The notes beneath the pieces were generated by a model that was not told the DNA's origin, made no database searches, and was given only the letters and a program-made list of their open reading frames with translations. Shown one piece after another: positions 24,974 to 38,579 of a DNA stretch of 64,000 nt (the first letter of the stretch is position 1; each line of letters begins with the position of its first letter). Source of the stretch: Mustelus asterias (lineage: Eukaryota); contig NC_135802.1 of assembly GCF_964213995.1 (NCBI RefSeq), forward strand, positions 138,012,001 through 138,076,000, read 5' to 3'. The translations under genes were made by a program, and so were the position numbers.

Positions 24974-27130
24974 CTACTCTGCCACTTATTAGCATAATGA
25001 TGGAATGTTTTGACCCACCATTGGATTTAATGTACAATAGACAATTGCCTCTGCAGATTGGTGTTTTCAGTTTCCCACTTTGACTTTTGGTAGGAGCAAG
25101 CATAATCATAAAAGATTCTTCCGGTACTAGAGTGGAAAGAGGTCAGTCAGAGAAAAGATGAGATTCATTAAAGACGCTAAAACACTCAACCAAAGATGAA
25201 CACCAAATAGTTGATTTATCTTGAATGATTTGTGCCTCAGGTATTTGGAAGTGAAGATTGAGCAGCAAGCTCTTCCGAACTAGAGTTAACCAAAGCAAAT
25301 CTGAACAACTATAGAATCTTACAGCACAGAATAAAACCATTTGGCCCATTGCGCCTGTCAGCTTGCCCTTCCGCCTGCCCTTCATTCCCTTTTTTCAATT
25401 TTTTTTTGCTTTCTTTTTTGGGCTAGGTGAGGGCTGGTTTGGAAAGGGGCAGTGGTGGGTGCAAAAAAACATGATCCACAATGCTCAGCAATTCACCTCA
25501 CACGCCAACTACCATCTTACAATATGTCTGCCTTGTTTCCTCACTCATCCATCCCATCGCACAGCTCTTCACCCCTGCTAATAAGTCCTCTACTCCTGCC
25601 AGCCCTTTGCTCCCAATACTGCCCCTTTGAACTATATATGGAATCCCGGTTCCTCCCCTCCCCATGCTCCCCGCTTCATTTACTCTTCCAATACACCACA
25701 GCCTACGCTTTCACCTTTCATTGTCTCCAAAGCCTTTTTCTAAATCTTACTGTCTCCCCTCCTCCATAGCTAAATCCAATTCTTCCATACCCTGGCCCCT
25801 TCCCCCGCCCATACGATGCCTCTAACAACCTAAAAGGACAACCTCCTTGTTCTGGCCCACTCCCTTAATTTTTGTGCTTCTTATAAATGCATCAGGAGTA
25901 AATTCTATTTTTTTACCCGCTTGTGCTTAGTCCCATTCCTATTACAAAAATAAACAAACGAGATAGCCCACGTCTCCTTCTGTCCTGAGTGCACCCATTC
26001 CAAAGATGTTCAGGTTAAGTTGATTGGCCATGTTAAATTGGCTCTTAGTGTCAGGGGGACTAGCAGGGTAAATACGTAGGGTTAGTGGGATAGGGTGGGA
26101 TTGTGGTCAGTGCAGACTCGATGGGCCAAATGGCCTCCTTCTGCACTGTAGGGATTCCATGAACTCTATGATTAATAGGAACTGAAATTGGATATACACC
26201 TAGTTGTTCAATGACTTGCTCTGACAAAGTTGTCATGCGGTTTTTGTGTTGTATGTTACAATAGCAGTAGAGGCAATGTTGGGACGACATGCACTCCAAC
26301 ACCACTGGAGTGTGGGCGATGTTTATTATTTATCCCGCAAAAGAAAAGGCAATTTTGTATCATAATAAACATCACATCTTACCAGAATAATCGCATTCGG
26401 AACATAGATATACTTTCTCCAAAAAAGCTTTAATCCTTCACACAGGCCCTATGACATTTCTGCTTATTTAGGATTCCAATGAATCATAGAATGGTCACAA
26501 CACAGAAGGAGGCCATTCGGCCTAACGTGATCATGCTGCTCCTCTGCAATAGCAAATCAATTAGTCCCATTCCCCATATACACTTTCACATACACCTGCA
26601 GTTTATTTGCTCTTCAGGTTCTTATCCAATTCCCTCCTGAAAGCCATGATTGAATCTGTCTCCACCACACTTTGAGACAGTACTTCCAGATCCCAACCAC
26701 TTACTGTGTAAAAGAAAAGTTTTTCCTCATGTCGCTATTTGTTCTTTTGCCAATCACCTTAAATCAGTGCCCTCTGTTTTTTGATCTTTCCACAAATGGG
26801 AACAGTTTCTCTCTACTTACTTTGTCCAAAGTCCTCATGATTTTGAACACCTCCATCAAATATCCTCTTAACTCTCTCTACAAGAGGAGAACAGCCCCAG
26901 ATTCTCCAATTTATCCACATAACCAAAGATCTTCAAACCTGGAACCATTCTCTGATCAGTAAGACACTAAGCTACACATCAATCATAGAATAAATATACA
27001 ATGTATCCCCAGTCAGGTTTAGTAAAGTTTGTAACCTTCACAATAGATTGTGGAACTGAATAGCTACTTAATAAAACAATGATGTCGTTCTGGTCAATCA
27101 GCATCAACCATGAAACCATTTTGTTTCCAG

Positions 27131-27244
27131 GACCCCCGGTTCTTCTGGTTGGTAACTGGAATAATGTTTCTCGGGAGTGGACTAATGTGGCGACGCTTAC
27201 TATCCTTTCTGGGTCGACATCTTGAGCCTCCAGCACCTCCGCCG
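27131..27244 (+). CDS. MRS2: MRS2 exon 10 (TM2)
   Basis: 114 nt, DPRFFWLVTGIMFLGSGLMWRRLLSFLGRHLEPPAPPP. Confidence 0.97.
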
Positions 27245-27769
27245 GTACGTTTCACTTCCAGCGATGTAATCTAATGTCAGAGAAAGGGCCCATTTAGCCA
27301 ATTATGCCTGTGCCAACTCTGAAAGAGCGCGCCAATTAGTTGCACATAACCCTGCTCTTTCCTCATTGCCCTGCAACTTCATGCTTTTCCAGTACAGTAT
27401 ATGTCCCATTCCCTTTTGGCCGCTTGCTGATCAAAATGCAAGTGTTTGCTCTGTAAAAGTATTTGAATACAAATTGTTTAAATGAATCATAAAATTTAAT
27501 TTCACATGCAGACCTGATGACATGAAAAACACGCAATCAAATTGAAGGTGATAACTCTCTACAAGGTTTCTTTGTGAGACATTCTTGAGATATGGGCATC
27601 ACTAGCAAGGGGTTCGTTAGTTGCCTTTAAGAGTGTGGTGATGAATTGCAGCCTTAAACCACTTAAAGTTTCCTTTATAAGTTGCCAATGATGTGCTTGA
27701 ATCCCACCTGAACAGAACACAATGCATTGTAATGTCGATTCTGACGACTCCCAGTGGGGACTCCAAAAC

Positions 27770-28090
27770 CTGGCATGGAGTCACAGTGGTTAGCACTGAC
27801 TCACAGCGCCAGGGATCCGGGTTCGATTCCCGGCTTGGGTCACTGTCTGTTTGGCATTTGCACATTCTCCCTATGCCTGCGTGGGTTTCCTCTGGGTGCT
27901 CCCACAGTCCAAAGATGTGCGGGTTAGGTGGATTGGTCATGCCAAATTGTCCCTTAGTGTCAGGGGGACTAGCTAGGGTAAATGCATGGGGTTATGGGGA
28001 TAGGACCTGGGTGGGATTGTGATCGGTGCAGACTTGATGGGCCGAATAGCCTCCTTCTGCACTGTAGGATTCCATGATTCTATTCTATGA
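27770..28090 (+). mobile_element. HE1-type SINE
   Basis: Homologous to the other copies. Confidence 0.85.
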
Positions 28091-28351
28091 TCCTGAATTA
28101 TGAACAGCATAGTTTTGTGAGCTTTGCTTCTACGACCTAGATTAAGGGCTTGTCAGATGTGTAATCGTCCACTGAGCCACACACTTTTCCTAGTGCGAAG
28201 AGTTTTAGATCTTTTAACTACATCATGGCACCGTAGGCGATGGTCAGCACAGCTTTGCATCATTGTATGCAAAGGAATTTGAATAAGGTTGATTTAAACC
28301 ATCTGACTGGGAATTGAACTGAAACCTCTGTCTTGTTTTTGGTTGCTCCAG

Positions 28352-28420
28352 ATGCCATCTATCCTGAAAAGATCACAGCTGACTGGTGGAAGAATAGACC
28401 TGAGACATGGTTCCAAATGA
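28352..28420 (+). CDS. MRS2: MRS2 last coding exon
   Basis: Acceptor ttgctccag, MPSILKRSQLTGGRIDLRHGSK*; total CDS 1311 nt. Confidence 0.8.
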   Translation: MPSILKRSQLTGGRIDLRHGSK

Positions 28421-29330
28421 TGAACTTGGAAATTTTGCCCGAATGTTTATTAGTCGTTCGTGCAAGCAGCGCCCAGTAACACAGCACTGGAAATATATTT
28501 CATGCACAGTACTTGCAAAGCCTTCCACAAGTGACAATTTGATTTTTAAAACATAACTTGTGTATTGTGGATCAAAGGGCTAGTGCTCCGAGGACCTTCC
28601 AAATGTGCAGTCAGCCACAATTGTTGCATCAGGCCTTACAGTCTATGATGACACAAGTCATGAGGCAGTAGAAGAAAACAAGTTTCACAGTGCAGTAATT
28701 AATGTGCTGTCCACCTTGGCGTTAGTTGTTTAGGAGGCTGTTCCTTTTTGTCATCTATTCCTTGTGTTAAAAATAACATGATGACTACACCTTATTTATT
28801 TTTTTCTGATTAATTATCTAACACAGAAGTGCCTTAGTGAAACATATAGAGTGGAACGACCTCGTTCGTTCCCGCCCCACTGCCAGCGAGAATAGAGAAT
28901 TTGGCACTCGGCTAAAACTCCATTCACTGCAGCAGCACCGGAGAATCCCAGCCACAGACGAGGGTTGGAGGTTTCCAATGATGATGTTTGACACCTCCTG
29001 CTTCACCATTCTTTAGCTGAATATTATGGATAGATGATGTACACTCCAGTGTTTTCCAATCCTGCTGTATAGCAGCTGCTAGGAGATAACTACCATGGGC
29101 TTTGGGAGATGCCAGCCATTTTACAAATCCTTCCCCCACCACCACCCTCCCAACAACCCCCATTTAATCTTGACCCTTCTCTGTGGGAACCCCTCTCTGT
29201 GAGAACCAGTTGGTTTTTGGAACTTGATGCTGGAAGAATAATGGCACAACACGTGTATATATTACAGTGCCCTAGCTGCTGAAGAATGGTTAATATTGCT
29301 CTTTTTAAAAAATATATATTGTACAGTGTG

Positions 29331-29336
29331 AATAAA
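29331..29336 (+). terminator. Probable MRS2 polyadenylation signal
   Basis: AATAAA ~0.9 kb after the stop, preceded by an AT-rich tract with TGTA; repeats resume shortly after. Confidence 0.55.
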
Positions 29337-29691
29337 ATTTAAATTTGAGAGAAATATTTTCTTACATCTGTGCGAAATGTAAACAAGTAGCTGTACATAA
29401 TCAGAGGATAAATGCAAAGGCTATTTCCAAAGGCACAACACTCTAGTCAAGGCTAATGACTATTAAGGCAACACTCTATGTGTTTGGCCTATTTTACCCA
29501 GTCAGTAAATATCTTGGCATTAATCATGGTGTAGATGGAGACCATTGCCCCATTTCTCTTCAAGTACCAATCCCGCTCTCATTTGAAGTTACTATTGAAT
29601 CTGCCTTAGGCAGTGCTTTGCAGATTAAAATAACTTGGAGCAAAAAAAAAGTTCTCCTGATCTAATTTCTGGCTCTTAAATCTGTGTCCTG

Positions 29692-30021
29692 TTCTAGATT
29701 CTTGTTCTTTTTCTCTGAATTTGGGACCTTTCTCCTGTTCCCCTCCTGGGTTTTGGTTTCCTTTTTAGTTTTGGACTTGCTATCTGTCCTTTTCCATGTC
29801 CTGCATGTTCTGACACTTTCTGCAGAATGCAGTTTCCTTCTGGATAACCTTACATATCTGTGGATCTTTCTCTCCAATCCCCTTTTTCTTTTATTTTTAT
29901 TACCCTGTTTTCTTTTAACTTCCCTTTAAGAATCACAAAACCTCAGTAGAATGCAGGCATCTTATAAAGTGAAACCAAAACTCAAGTGCCCCCATTAGCA
30001 CACAAATATAGGAATACAAGT
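29692..30021 (+). repeat. 330-bp direct duplicate of 31387-31720
   Basis: Near-identical sequence (ttcttgttctttttctctgaatttgggacc...gtgcccccattagca). Confidence 0.9.
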
Positions 30022-30632
30022 CCTTGGGTTAGTGACTTTTAGCAAATGGAAATGGTTTCTCTATACATACTCTATCAAAACCCTTTGTGAATTTAAATAT
30101 CTCAGTCAAATTTCCCCTTAACATTCTCTGCTTTAGTCCCAGCTTCTCTGGTCTACTCACATAACTGAAATCCCTCATCTCTGATACCATTCTAGGAAGT
30201 CGCCTCTGCACTCTCCAAAAGCAGCGAGGTGGCACTGTGGTTAGCACTACTGCCTCACAGCACCAGAGACCCAGGTTTGTTTCCAGCTTGGGTCACTGTC
30301 TGTGTGGAGTCTGCAGGTTCTCCCCGCGTCTGCATGGGTTTCCTCCGGGTGCTCTGGTTTTCTCCCCAGTCCAAAAGATGTGCTGGTTAGGTGCATTAGC
30401 CATGCTAAATTCTCAATGTACCCGAACAGGCACTGTAGTGTGGCAGTTAAGGGATTTTCACAGTAACTTCATTACAGTGATAATGTAAATCTACTTGTGA
30501 CAATAATAAATAGACATTAAAGCTTTAAATCCTTCCTAAAGTTTGTTGACCAAAATTGGTCACAATACTCCAACTGAGGCCTAACTAGTGAATTATAAAG
30601 GTTTGGTATAACTTCCTTGTACTTATCATCCC

Positions 30633-31800
30633 TGTTGATGTTACCATTGGATAAGTCAGATCCCAGGAAGGAATCCAGCTTTATAGATCCTAACTTTATG
30701 TTTTGTTTAGAAATGTCGCAGGTGGCTAGTGAATAGAGTCACAGGAGTCAGCTGATGAGCTTTTAACAAAAGAATAAAACAGTTATTGAAAAAGGAGAAA
30801 ATGAATGATATTACAATACTCCTTCACCCCAAGTATCTATACAGATTCATAAGAATATCACAAATTACGAAATCTAATGTTCATGGTAAGTACACGATGC
30901 ATATAAACTGACCTGTTATCAAACACGCTTCACTCTGAAACCAAGTGACAAGATGCCACCCCAATAGATTCTATGGGTCTCTTCCCCCAGATGCTTGTCA
31001 CAGTGAGCCAACTAGTCTCACAGAAGCTCTCTCTTTTAACTTGGGTTTCCAATTTCCATCCTCAAAGAACTCACCTTGGCGTTTCCTCCCAAACTGCTTT
31101 CACTCGGATATCTTCAACATGGATCCACCTCCAGGGTTCCCAGCCCCTTCTGATCACCACGTGCATTCAGGCTTCACCTTCTGCACAGTCTCAGATACTC
31201 AGCTGTAGCAACAGAACACCACTGTTTCACAGGGTAATAGTAAAAGTTACAGACCTTCAGCTGTCTGCTTTAACCTTCTGGCTTCTTGCAAGCCTCTTTT
31301 GCTTTAAGTCTGCTTCCTGCACCTTCTCTCTTCAAACGTGGAGATGTCCTCTGCGCCTCACTCTTGACTTCACTTAACAGGACCTTTTCTAAATTCTTGT
31401 TCTTTTTCTCTGAATTTGGGACCTTTCTCCTGTTCCCCTCCTGGGTTTTGGTTTCCTTTTTAGTTTTGGACTTGCTATCTGTCCGTTTCCATGTCCTGAT
31501 GTTCTGACACTTTCTGCAGAATGCGGCTTCCTTCTGGGTAACCTTACATATCTGTGGATCTCTCTCTCCAATCCCCTTTTTCTAAGCAACAGTATCATTT
31601 TTATTACCTTGTTTTCTTTTCCCTTTAAGAGTCACAAAACCTCAGTAGAATGCAGGCATCTTATAAAGTGAAACCAAAACTCAAGTGCCCCCATTAGCAT
31701 ACAAATATAGGAGTACCAGTTAAATTGAAAGCTATATCTTGTTCCTAACAGCCACAGAATACAAATATAATTTGCTTAAAACTATTTCTATTTCCTAACA
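30633..31800. mobile_element. Solo LTR-like element (~1.15 kb, TGTT...AACA) inserted in an old CR1
   Basis: TG...CA termini; CR1 sequence continues on both sides; shares motifs with 50745-51903. Confidence 0.55.
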
Positions 31801-32029
31801 CGCTCTATGCTTCTATTAAGAAATCCAAAGATCTTGAATTATTTTTAAACCACCAACTTGTTGTCACTTTCATACTCTATGTAAACCCCTATCCTCTCTG
31901 TTTCTGAACCTGCTTCAAAATGGTACTATTTATATTGCTTCTCATTTTCCCTTCCAAAATGTATCATTTCACACTTCTCTTCAGTAAGTTTTATCTACCA
32001 TGGAGATGTCCATTTCACCAGTCAATCTA

Positions 32030-32223
32030 TGGGTGGAACTCTCCAACTTCCCCATGGTGGGCTTTCCTGTGACAGAGATGGCTCACCATTGGCTGCCAGT
32101 TCTGCCAAGTCAATGGTGATTTTCGTTCCTCACCCATGCTGCTGTTCGGGAACCTGTGGCAGGGGTCAACTTCGGCAGGACTGGAAGATCCTGCCAGCTG
32201 GAAGAGCTGGAGAATTTCACCCA
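32030..32223. mobile_element. MITE-like (Harbinger-type) element
   Basis: TIRs gggtggaactctcca / tggagaatttcaccc with 3-bp AT-rich flanks; similar elements at 34701-34827 (TAT/TAT), 20533-20655, 16340-16460 and 28850-28977. Confidence 0.55.
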
Positions 32224-32349
32224 ATGTTTCCTGAAATCTGCTGTATCCTTCTCATTCTTTTAATATTTTTCTAAGTTTCAAGCCATCTGCAAACTTTTAA
32301 ATTACAGCTTGTGGACACAAGCCTGAATCTTTAATAAATACCAACTCCT

Positions 32350-32670
32350 AATTTGACTTGATTTATTATTGTTGCATATATTGGGATACAGCGAAAGGTA
32401 TTGTTTCTTGCGCGTTATACAGATAAAATATACCGCTTGTCGAGTATGTAGGGGAGAAGGGATGGAGAGAGTGCAGAGTATAGTATTACAGTTACAGCTA
32501 GGGTGTAGAGAAAGATCAACTTAATGTATGATAGGTCCATTCAAAAGTCTGATGGCAGCAGGGAAGAAGCTGTTCTAGAGTCGGTTGCTGCATGTTCTCA
32601 GACTTTTGTATCTTTTTCCTGATGGAAGAAGGTGAGCGGGAGTATGTCCGGGGTGCGTGGGGTCCTTGAA
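32350..32670 (-). mobile_element. Rex1/Babar-like 3' fragment
   Basis: Reverse complement of 4190-4516; another short + copy at 38260-38403. Confidence 0.75.
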
Positions 32671-35600
32671 CACTGCTGTATGCTTTCCCCCAGTCTAGGA
32701 AAACAAACCATTCATTACTGATCTGCTTTTGGCCCTTAGCCAATTTTGTATCCATGCTCCCATTGTCCCTTTAATTCCATGGGCTTTAATTTTGCTAACG
32801 TGTGTTCAGCCTTTTGAAAATCCACATAGAGAACACCAGCTGCACAAGTCTCAGTAAATACCTCTGTTACTTCATCAAGTAACTCAATCAATATAGTCAC
32901 TCAATTTTACTTTAAGAAATCCATGCGAGCTGTCATTGATAAACCCATGTTTTTCCAGTTGACAGTTAATTTTGTCTTTGATTATAGTGTCAGAAAGTTT
33001 CCACTCCATCCACGTTAGACAGACTAGCCTTTACTTTTTTACTGCCTTAACTGCCTATGAACATTGGTATAACATTTGCAACCCACCATTCTCTGGCACA
33101 TTGCCCTATCTAAGGAGGATTGAAAGATTATGGATAGCTTTCCTGCTATTTCTACCCTAACAACCTTAAATGCATCCCATCTGGAGTGGGAGACATTTTA
33201 TAAGCTTCACCAACTTTTTAAGTGCTTTATCTATTTTTATCCTATCTAATTTCTCTACTTCCTTTGTGACAATACACATTTGTTTTAATATCATGGGGTG
33301 TGCGTGTCACTAGCTGGGCCAGCATACATTGCCCATCCCTAATTGTTCTTGGTTTGTTAGACCATTTCCAAAGATGTGCAGGTCAGGTGGATTGGCCATG
33401 CTAAATTGTCTCTTAGTGTCAGGGGGATTAGCATTGTAAATACGTGGTGTTACGGGGATAGGACCTGAGTGGGATTGTTGTCGGTGCAGGCTTAATGGAT
33501 CAAATGGTCTTCTTCTGCACTGTCAGGATTCTATGATTTCAGAGCGAATTTAAGAGTCAACCACATTTGCTTCTGGGTCTGGAGTCACATGTAGGCCAGA
33601 TCAGGTAAGGATGGCAGATTTCCTTTCCTAAAGGACATTAATAAAACAGATGACTTTTTAAAGACAACAATCATTTCATGGTCATCATTAGACTTTTAAT
33701 TCCAGGTTTTTATTTAATTCAAATTTCATCATCTGCTGTGGTGGGATTTGAACTGGTGTCCCCAGAACATTACCCTGGGTCTCTGGATTACTAGTCCGGT
33801 GACGATACCACTATCTCCATGTGATACATATGGACTATGACTTGCCATTTTCTTGAATCAATTTTGTAAATGCTATTTGTATAATCAAAACAATAAATTG
33901 ATGAACAAGTTAAGCTGAAGTGCAACTTGCCAGTTAAAACAGGCCTTGAAGATGATAAAACTGAGACTGGTTTCCTCTCAGTGAAACTGACCTTTGCAAA
34001 TCTGCCATAGTGACTCTGCTACAGTGGTACTGAAATCCTTCTGGGTTAATGTTACTTTTTTGAAAAAAAAATATTTATGCATTTTAGCAATGATCCAAAG
34101 ATTCTAACAAGTGTATCCTTGTTTACCAAATTATTTGTCATATGGGATGTACAAGAATGACATGCAGGAAAAGATCAGCCGAGCCATTGAGTCTGCGCCA
34201 GATTGGAGAGGACCAGGGGCCATATTTCTGAACTATGATTTGGTTAGCACTGCTGCCTCACAGCGCCAGGGACTCGGGTTCAATTCCCGGCTTGGGTCAC
34301 TGTCTGTGCGGAGTCTGCACATTCTCCCTGTGTCTGCGTGGGTTTCCCTCGGGTGTTCCAGCTTCCCTCCACAATCCGAAAGACGTGCTGGTTAGCTGCA
34401 TTGACCATGCTAAATTCTCTCTCAGTGTAACCCGAACAGGTGCCAGAGTGTAGCGACTAGGGGATTTTCACAGTAACTTCATTGCAGTGTTAAAGTAACA
34501 CTAATAAATAAACTTATCTCTAGAACATTCTGAGGTCATGAAAGTAAAGTGCTTTACAGCTGTTGCGGTCCTTCTTTGATGTATGTTTGTGTTTATAATG
34601 TCAGAAATTTAGTCGCCATTTTACACACAGCAAGCTCCCACAAACAGCAATGGGCAAACACGATGGGTCGAAGGGCCCCTTTCCATGCTGTAAAACTCTA
34701 TGGGCAGAAATTTACCATCCCACCCGCCACAGGAATTGTAGCGGGTGGGACACAGACCATGCAATGGTCTCTGACCTCGGGTGGGATTTTCTGACCTTGG
34801 GACGAGTGGGGCTGGAAAATCCCGCCCTATGAGTCTAATACATTTCTGGCTGCTGACTCAGTGTTGGCTCTCCATATTCTTTCAAGAGAGAGCTGAGCCA
34901 GTTCTTTACTGGGGTATATAGAATGTTAATGGTCTCACAAATAACACATGCTCCATTTGATCTCTTGGACCTGGTTTTGGTTCCCTGAGGGGATTAAAGA
35001 GAAATTTCACCGGAGAATCTATTTTTTCTCCATGGAACCAGAGTTTTCACTTGTTGGTCTCTGTCAGGAGATTTAGTAAAGTAAAGTAAGTTTTATTTAT
35101 TAGTCACAAGTAGGCTTACATTCACACTGCAATGAAGTTACTGTGAAAATCCCCTCGTCGCCACACTCCGGCGCCTGTTCAGGTACACTGAGGGAGAATT
35201 CAGCACGGCCAATGCACCTAACCAGCACGTCTTTCAGACTGTGGGAGGAAACCCACGCAGACACAGGGAGAACGTGCAAACTCCACACAGGCAGTGACCC
35301 AAGCCAGGAATCGAGCCTGGGTCCCTGGCGCTGTGAGGCAGCAGTGCTATGGCTGTGCGGGCATTTGGGAGTGTTGGGATAAAACATGTCTGGTCATAAT
35401 GCTTCATCTATTCGACTGAAGAATTAGTGATGAGACCAGTCTCTGCATCTCGATCCTAATTCACGACATTTCACTCCTATCAGGTACAGTGTCGGTGCAG
35501 AGAATGGTCACTTCAGATTTTAGTGAATTGTGATATTGGGATTGTGAAATTTTTGTGGTTTCCATCAAACTCTTGACATTCCAACAGCTGTACTTTGCTG

Positions 35601-36177
35601 ATCGAAACTTGGGTTGTGCCTGAAGGAGCTTGAAGGGCCAAACGGTCTCCTGAGTTCTGTGTTCCAACGAGAGCATTTGAATTGTGTAGCAATACAGTGT
35701 GCAATACAGTGTGCTGGTGTGGCAGTGGTAAGAGCAATTTTGAAACCGTGTATAATAAAGATACAAATAATGTAACAATGGATTCCACCCCATGGACACA
35801 AATCCTTACAAGCTAGTGAACAGGTACAGTCGAAAACACAAATTGATATTAACCTGATCTCAAGGGGGGTTGGGATATAAAGGGAGACAATTATGCTTCT
35901 GTAGTTAGCCCTTCAATCAGACCTTATGTGGAACACTGTTCAGTACAAGTCACCACCCCTCAGGAAGGATATTGGAAAGGGGACAGAATGACCATGGGGA
36001 GGCCTATAAGGTAAAAGATGAGGACAAATTGCCAAAAGGTCATGCTTCCCTCAAACATAGAAGATTTGAAGTGTGATCTAATCAAGGAGTATAAAATGAT
36101 AAAAAATTTTATCAGAGATAAAGTGAAACAACTTCCTCCGCCGACTGAATCCAGAACAAAGAGGCATATCTTAAAAG

Positions 36178-36866
36178 TTAAGAACAAAGAACAAAGAACA
36201 GTACAGCACAGGAAACAGGCCCTTCGGCCCTCCAAGCCTGTGCCGCTCCTTGGTCCAACTAGACCAATCGTTTGTATCCCTCCATTCCCAGGCTGCTCAT
36301 GTGACTATCCAGGTAAGTCTTAAACGATGTCAGCGTGCCTGCCTCCACCACCCTACTTGGCAGCGCATTCCAGGCCCCCACCACCCTCTGTGTAAAAAAC
36401 ATCCCTCTGATATCTGAGTTATACTTCGCCCCTCTCACCTTGAGCCCGTGACCCCTCGTGATCGTCACCTCCGACCTGGGAAAAAGCTTCCCATTGTTCA
36501 CCCTATCTATCCCCTTCATAATCTTGTACACCTCTATTAGATCTCCCCTCATTCTCCGTCTTTCCAGGGAGAACAACCCCAGTTTACCCAATCTCTCCTC
36601 ATAGCTAAGACCCTCCATACCAGGCAACATCCTGGTAAACCTTCTCTGCACTCTCTCTAATGCCTCCACGTCCTTCTGGTAGTGCGGCGACCAGAACTGG
36701 ACGCAGTACTCCAAATGTTGCCTAACCAGCGTTCTATACAGCTGCATCATCAGACTCCAGCTTTTATACTCTATACCCCGTCCTATAAAGGCAAGCATAC
36801 CATATGCCTTCTTCACCACCTTCTCCACCTGTGTTGCCACCTTCAAGGATTTGTGGACTTGCACAC
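36178..36866 (-). mobile_element. Young 5'-truncated CR1/HER1 LINE with an uninterrupted 201-aa RT C-terminal ORF
   Basis: ORF 36259-36864 (LEYCVQFWSP...LERVQRRFTRM...RGHGLKV), microsatellite tail (TCTTTGT)n; nested in an older + CR1 (35815-36985). Confidence 0.92.
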
Positions 36867-38579
36867 CTTAGTGCTACAACATTCAGGAACTAAATCAGGA
36901 GATGTGTTTTTGCATGGAGTGTAGTAGAAATCTGGAATCTCTTACTGAAGAGGTTGTGCCCTCTAAGTCAATTGGAACTTTCAGGACAAAAAGTTTATTT
37001 ATTAGTCACAACTAGGCTTACATTAACACTGCAATTAAGTTACTGTGAAAAACTGTGAGGCAGCAGTGCTAACCACTGTGCCATCGTGCTGCCCTAAAAA
37101 TTGCAGCCACGGGAATAATGAGAATGTTGAATGCGAACATTTTAAGAAGCATTTCAAAAATGAAAGATTTTAATATCCACCTTCATTCTTCCTAATGCCC
37201 ATATCACCTTTTTCTTAATCTGATTAAAATCTCAGTTACAATGGTCTAACTCTACGGTAATAATTGGATTTGAAACACTTTCAGGAATTTTAAACAGGCA
37301 CTAAAGTTGAATGGTCAAATAATCCTTTCAATCGTTAACTGCTCATTTTAAATTTAATACCCTGCCCATTGTGAGTAAATGATGCCAGTTTGAGCTTTGC
37401 TTTTCTTACAAAGAGCTCACACAGTACAGCATTGTTTGATTTTTTTGAGGAGCCAGCAACTATTCTCCATTAAAAAGCTGATTGGTAGTTAACAGGTAGG
37501 TGTACTTCAGTCAGCTGGCATGACTTGCTGGAACATTGAGAAAACATTTACAATAATGATTTATCTGTAAGTATGTAGTGATGAAAGAATTAATTGGTCA
37601 CCGTTGGTATTCAGTTACAACTCAATATGATTTGGAATTTGAACTAAAGTTCCATGCAACATGTATAGTGCAAAAACTGAATGCAAAATGATTGGGACTT
37701 TTACCCAACAAATATTCTTTACACCCCCAATGCCAGCATTCCTTATGGATGCTGTTTGTTAGTTACATTCTTTGTTGTGACTGACATATTATTGTAATGT
37801 AGGAAACACATTTGCAGGTCCTGTGAAACAACAGTGAAATAATGAGCTGATGATTTATTGTTTGTGATATTGGTTAAGGGATAAATATAATTTCAGGACA
37901 GCAGTGAGTATTCCCCTGGTTCTTTCTGTGCTGCGCTGGCTGTTCTAGTTCTAGAAGCATGAAGGAGAGCAGTGAAAAGTCCCGGACTTTTAGAATGGAG
38001 TAGTATCCAAGAACCTGTGGATGGGAGAGAATGTGGGGAGGGGGTATGGAGGGCAGGTGGCAAGAAAGGAAGGGGGTGACATTTTGGAGGAGTCCCTCCA
38101 ATGCACACAGGTGCAGCTCTTCCTCACACTTTTGAACTTGACCACAAAAATACAGCCTGCCCGCTGCTGCTCACCTTCCCACGCCAACCGTATTTTGACA
38201 GCATATTACCTTGGTTGATTGGCTTACATACAAGCCTTCAATTATTCATAGGCTGCCAATCTACACCCTAGCTATTACTGTAACACTACATTCTGTACCC
38301 TCCTTTCCTTCGCTGTGAATGGTATGCTTTGTATAGCGTACAAGGAACAATACTTTTCACTGTATACTAATACTTGGGAAAATGAAACAAATCAAATCAA
38401 ATTTCAGCTAGTATATTACGGAGGTTGGCATGAGGGTGCGCAAAAGGTGGTGCGGTGGTCACCCAACACATTTTAGTGCCCACACTGCCACTCAAACACA
38501 TGCCAGGGTGGGGGGCATAAAATGTAGTGCAGTGAAAGTGGGGTGCTGGCTGGATGCTGGGGTGTCAGTGCAGTAATCC

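Noticed and set aside
35461-38218. Short minus-strand ORFs as GPLD1 5' exons
   Set aside because: No match to recognisable GPLD1 motifs such as CGLSTH, HRAL, FPD or HW.PF.
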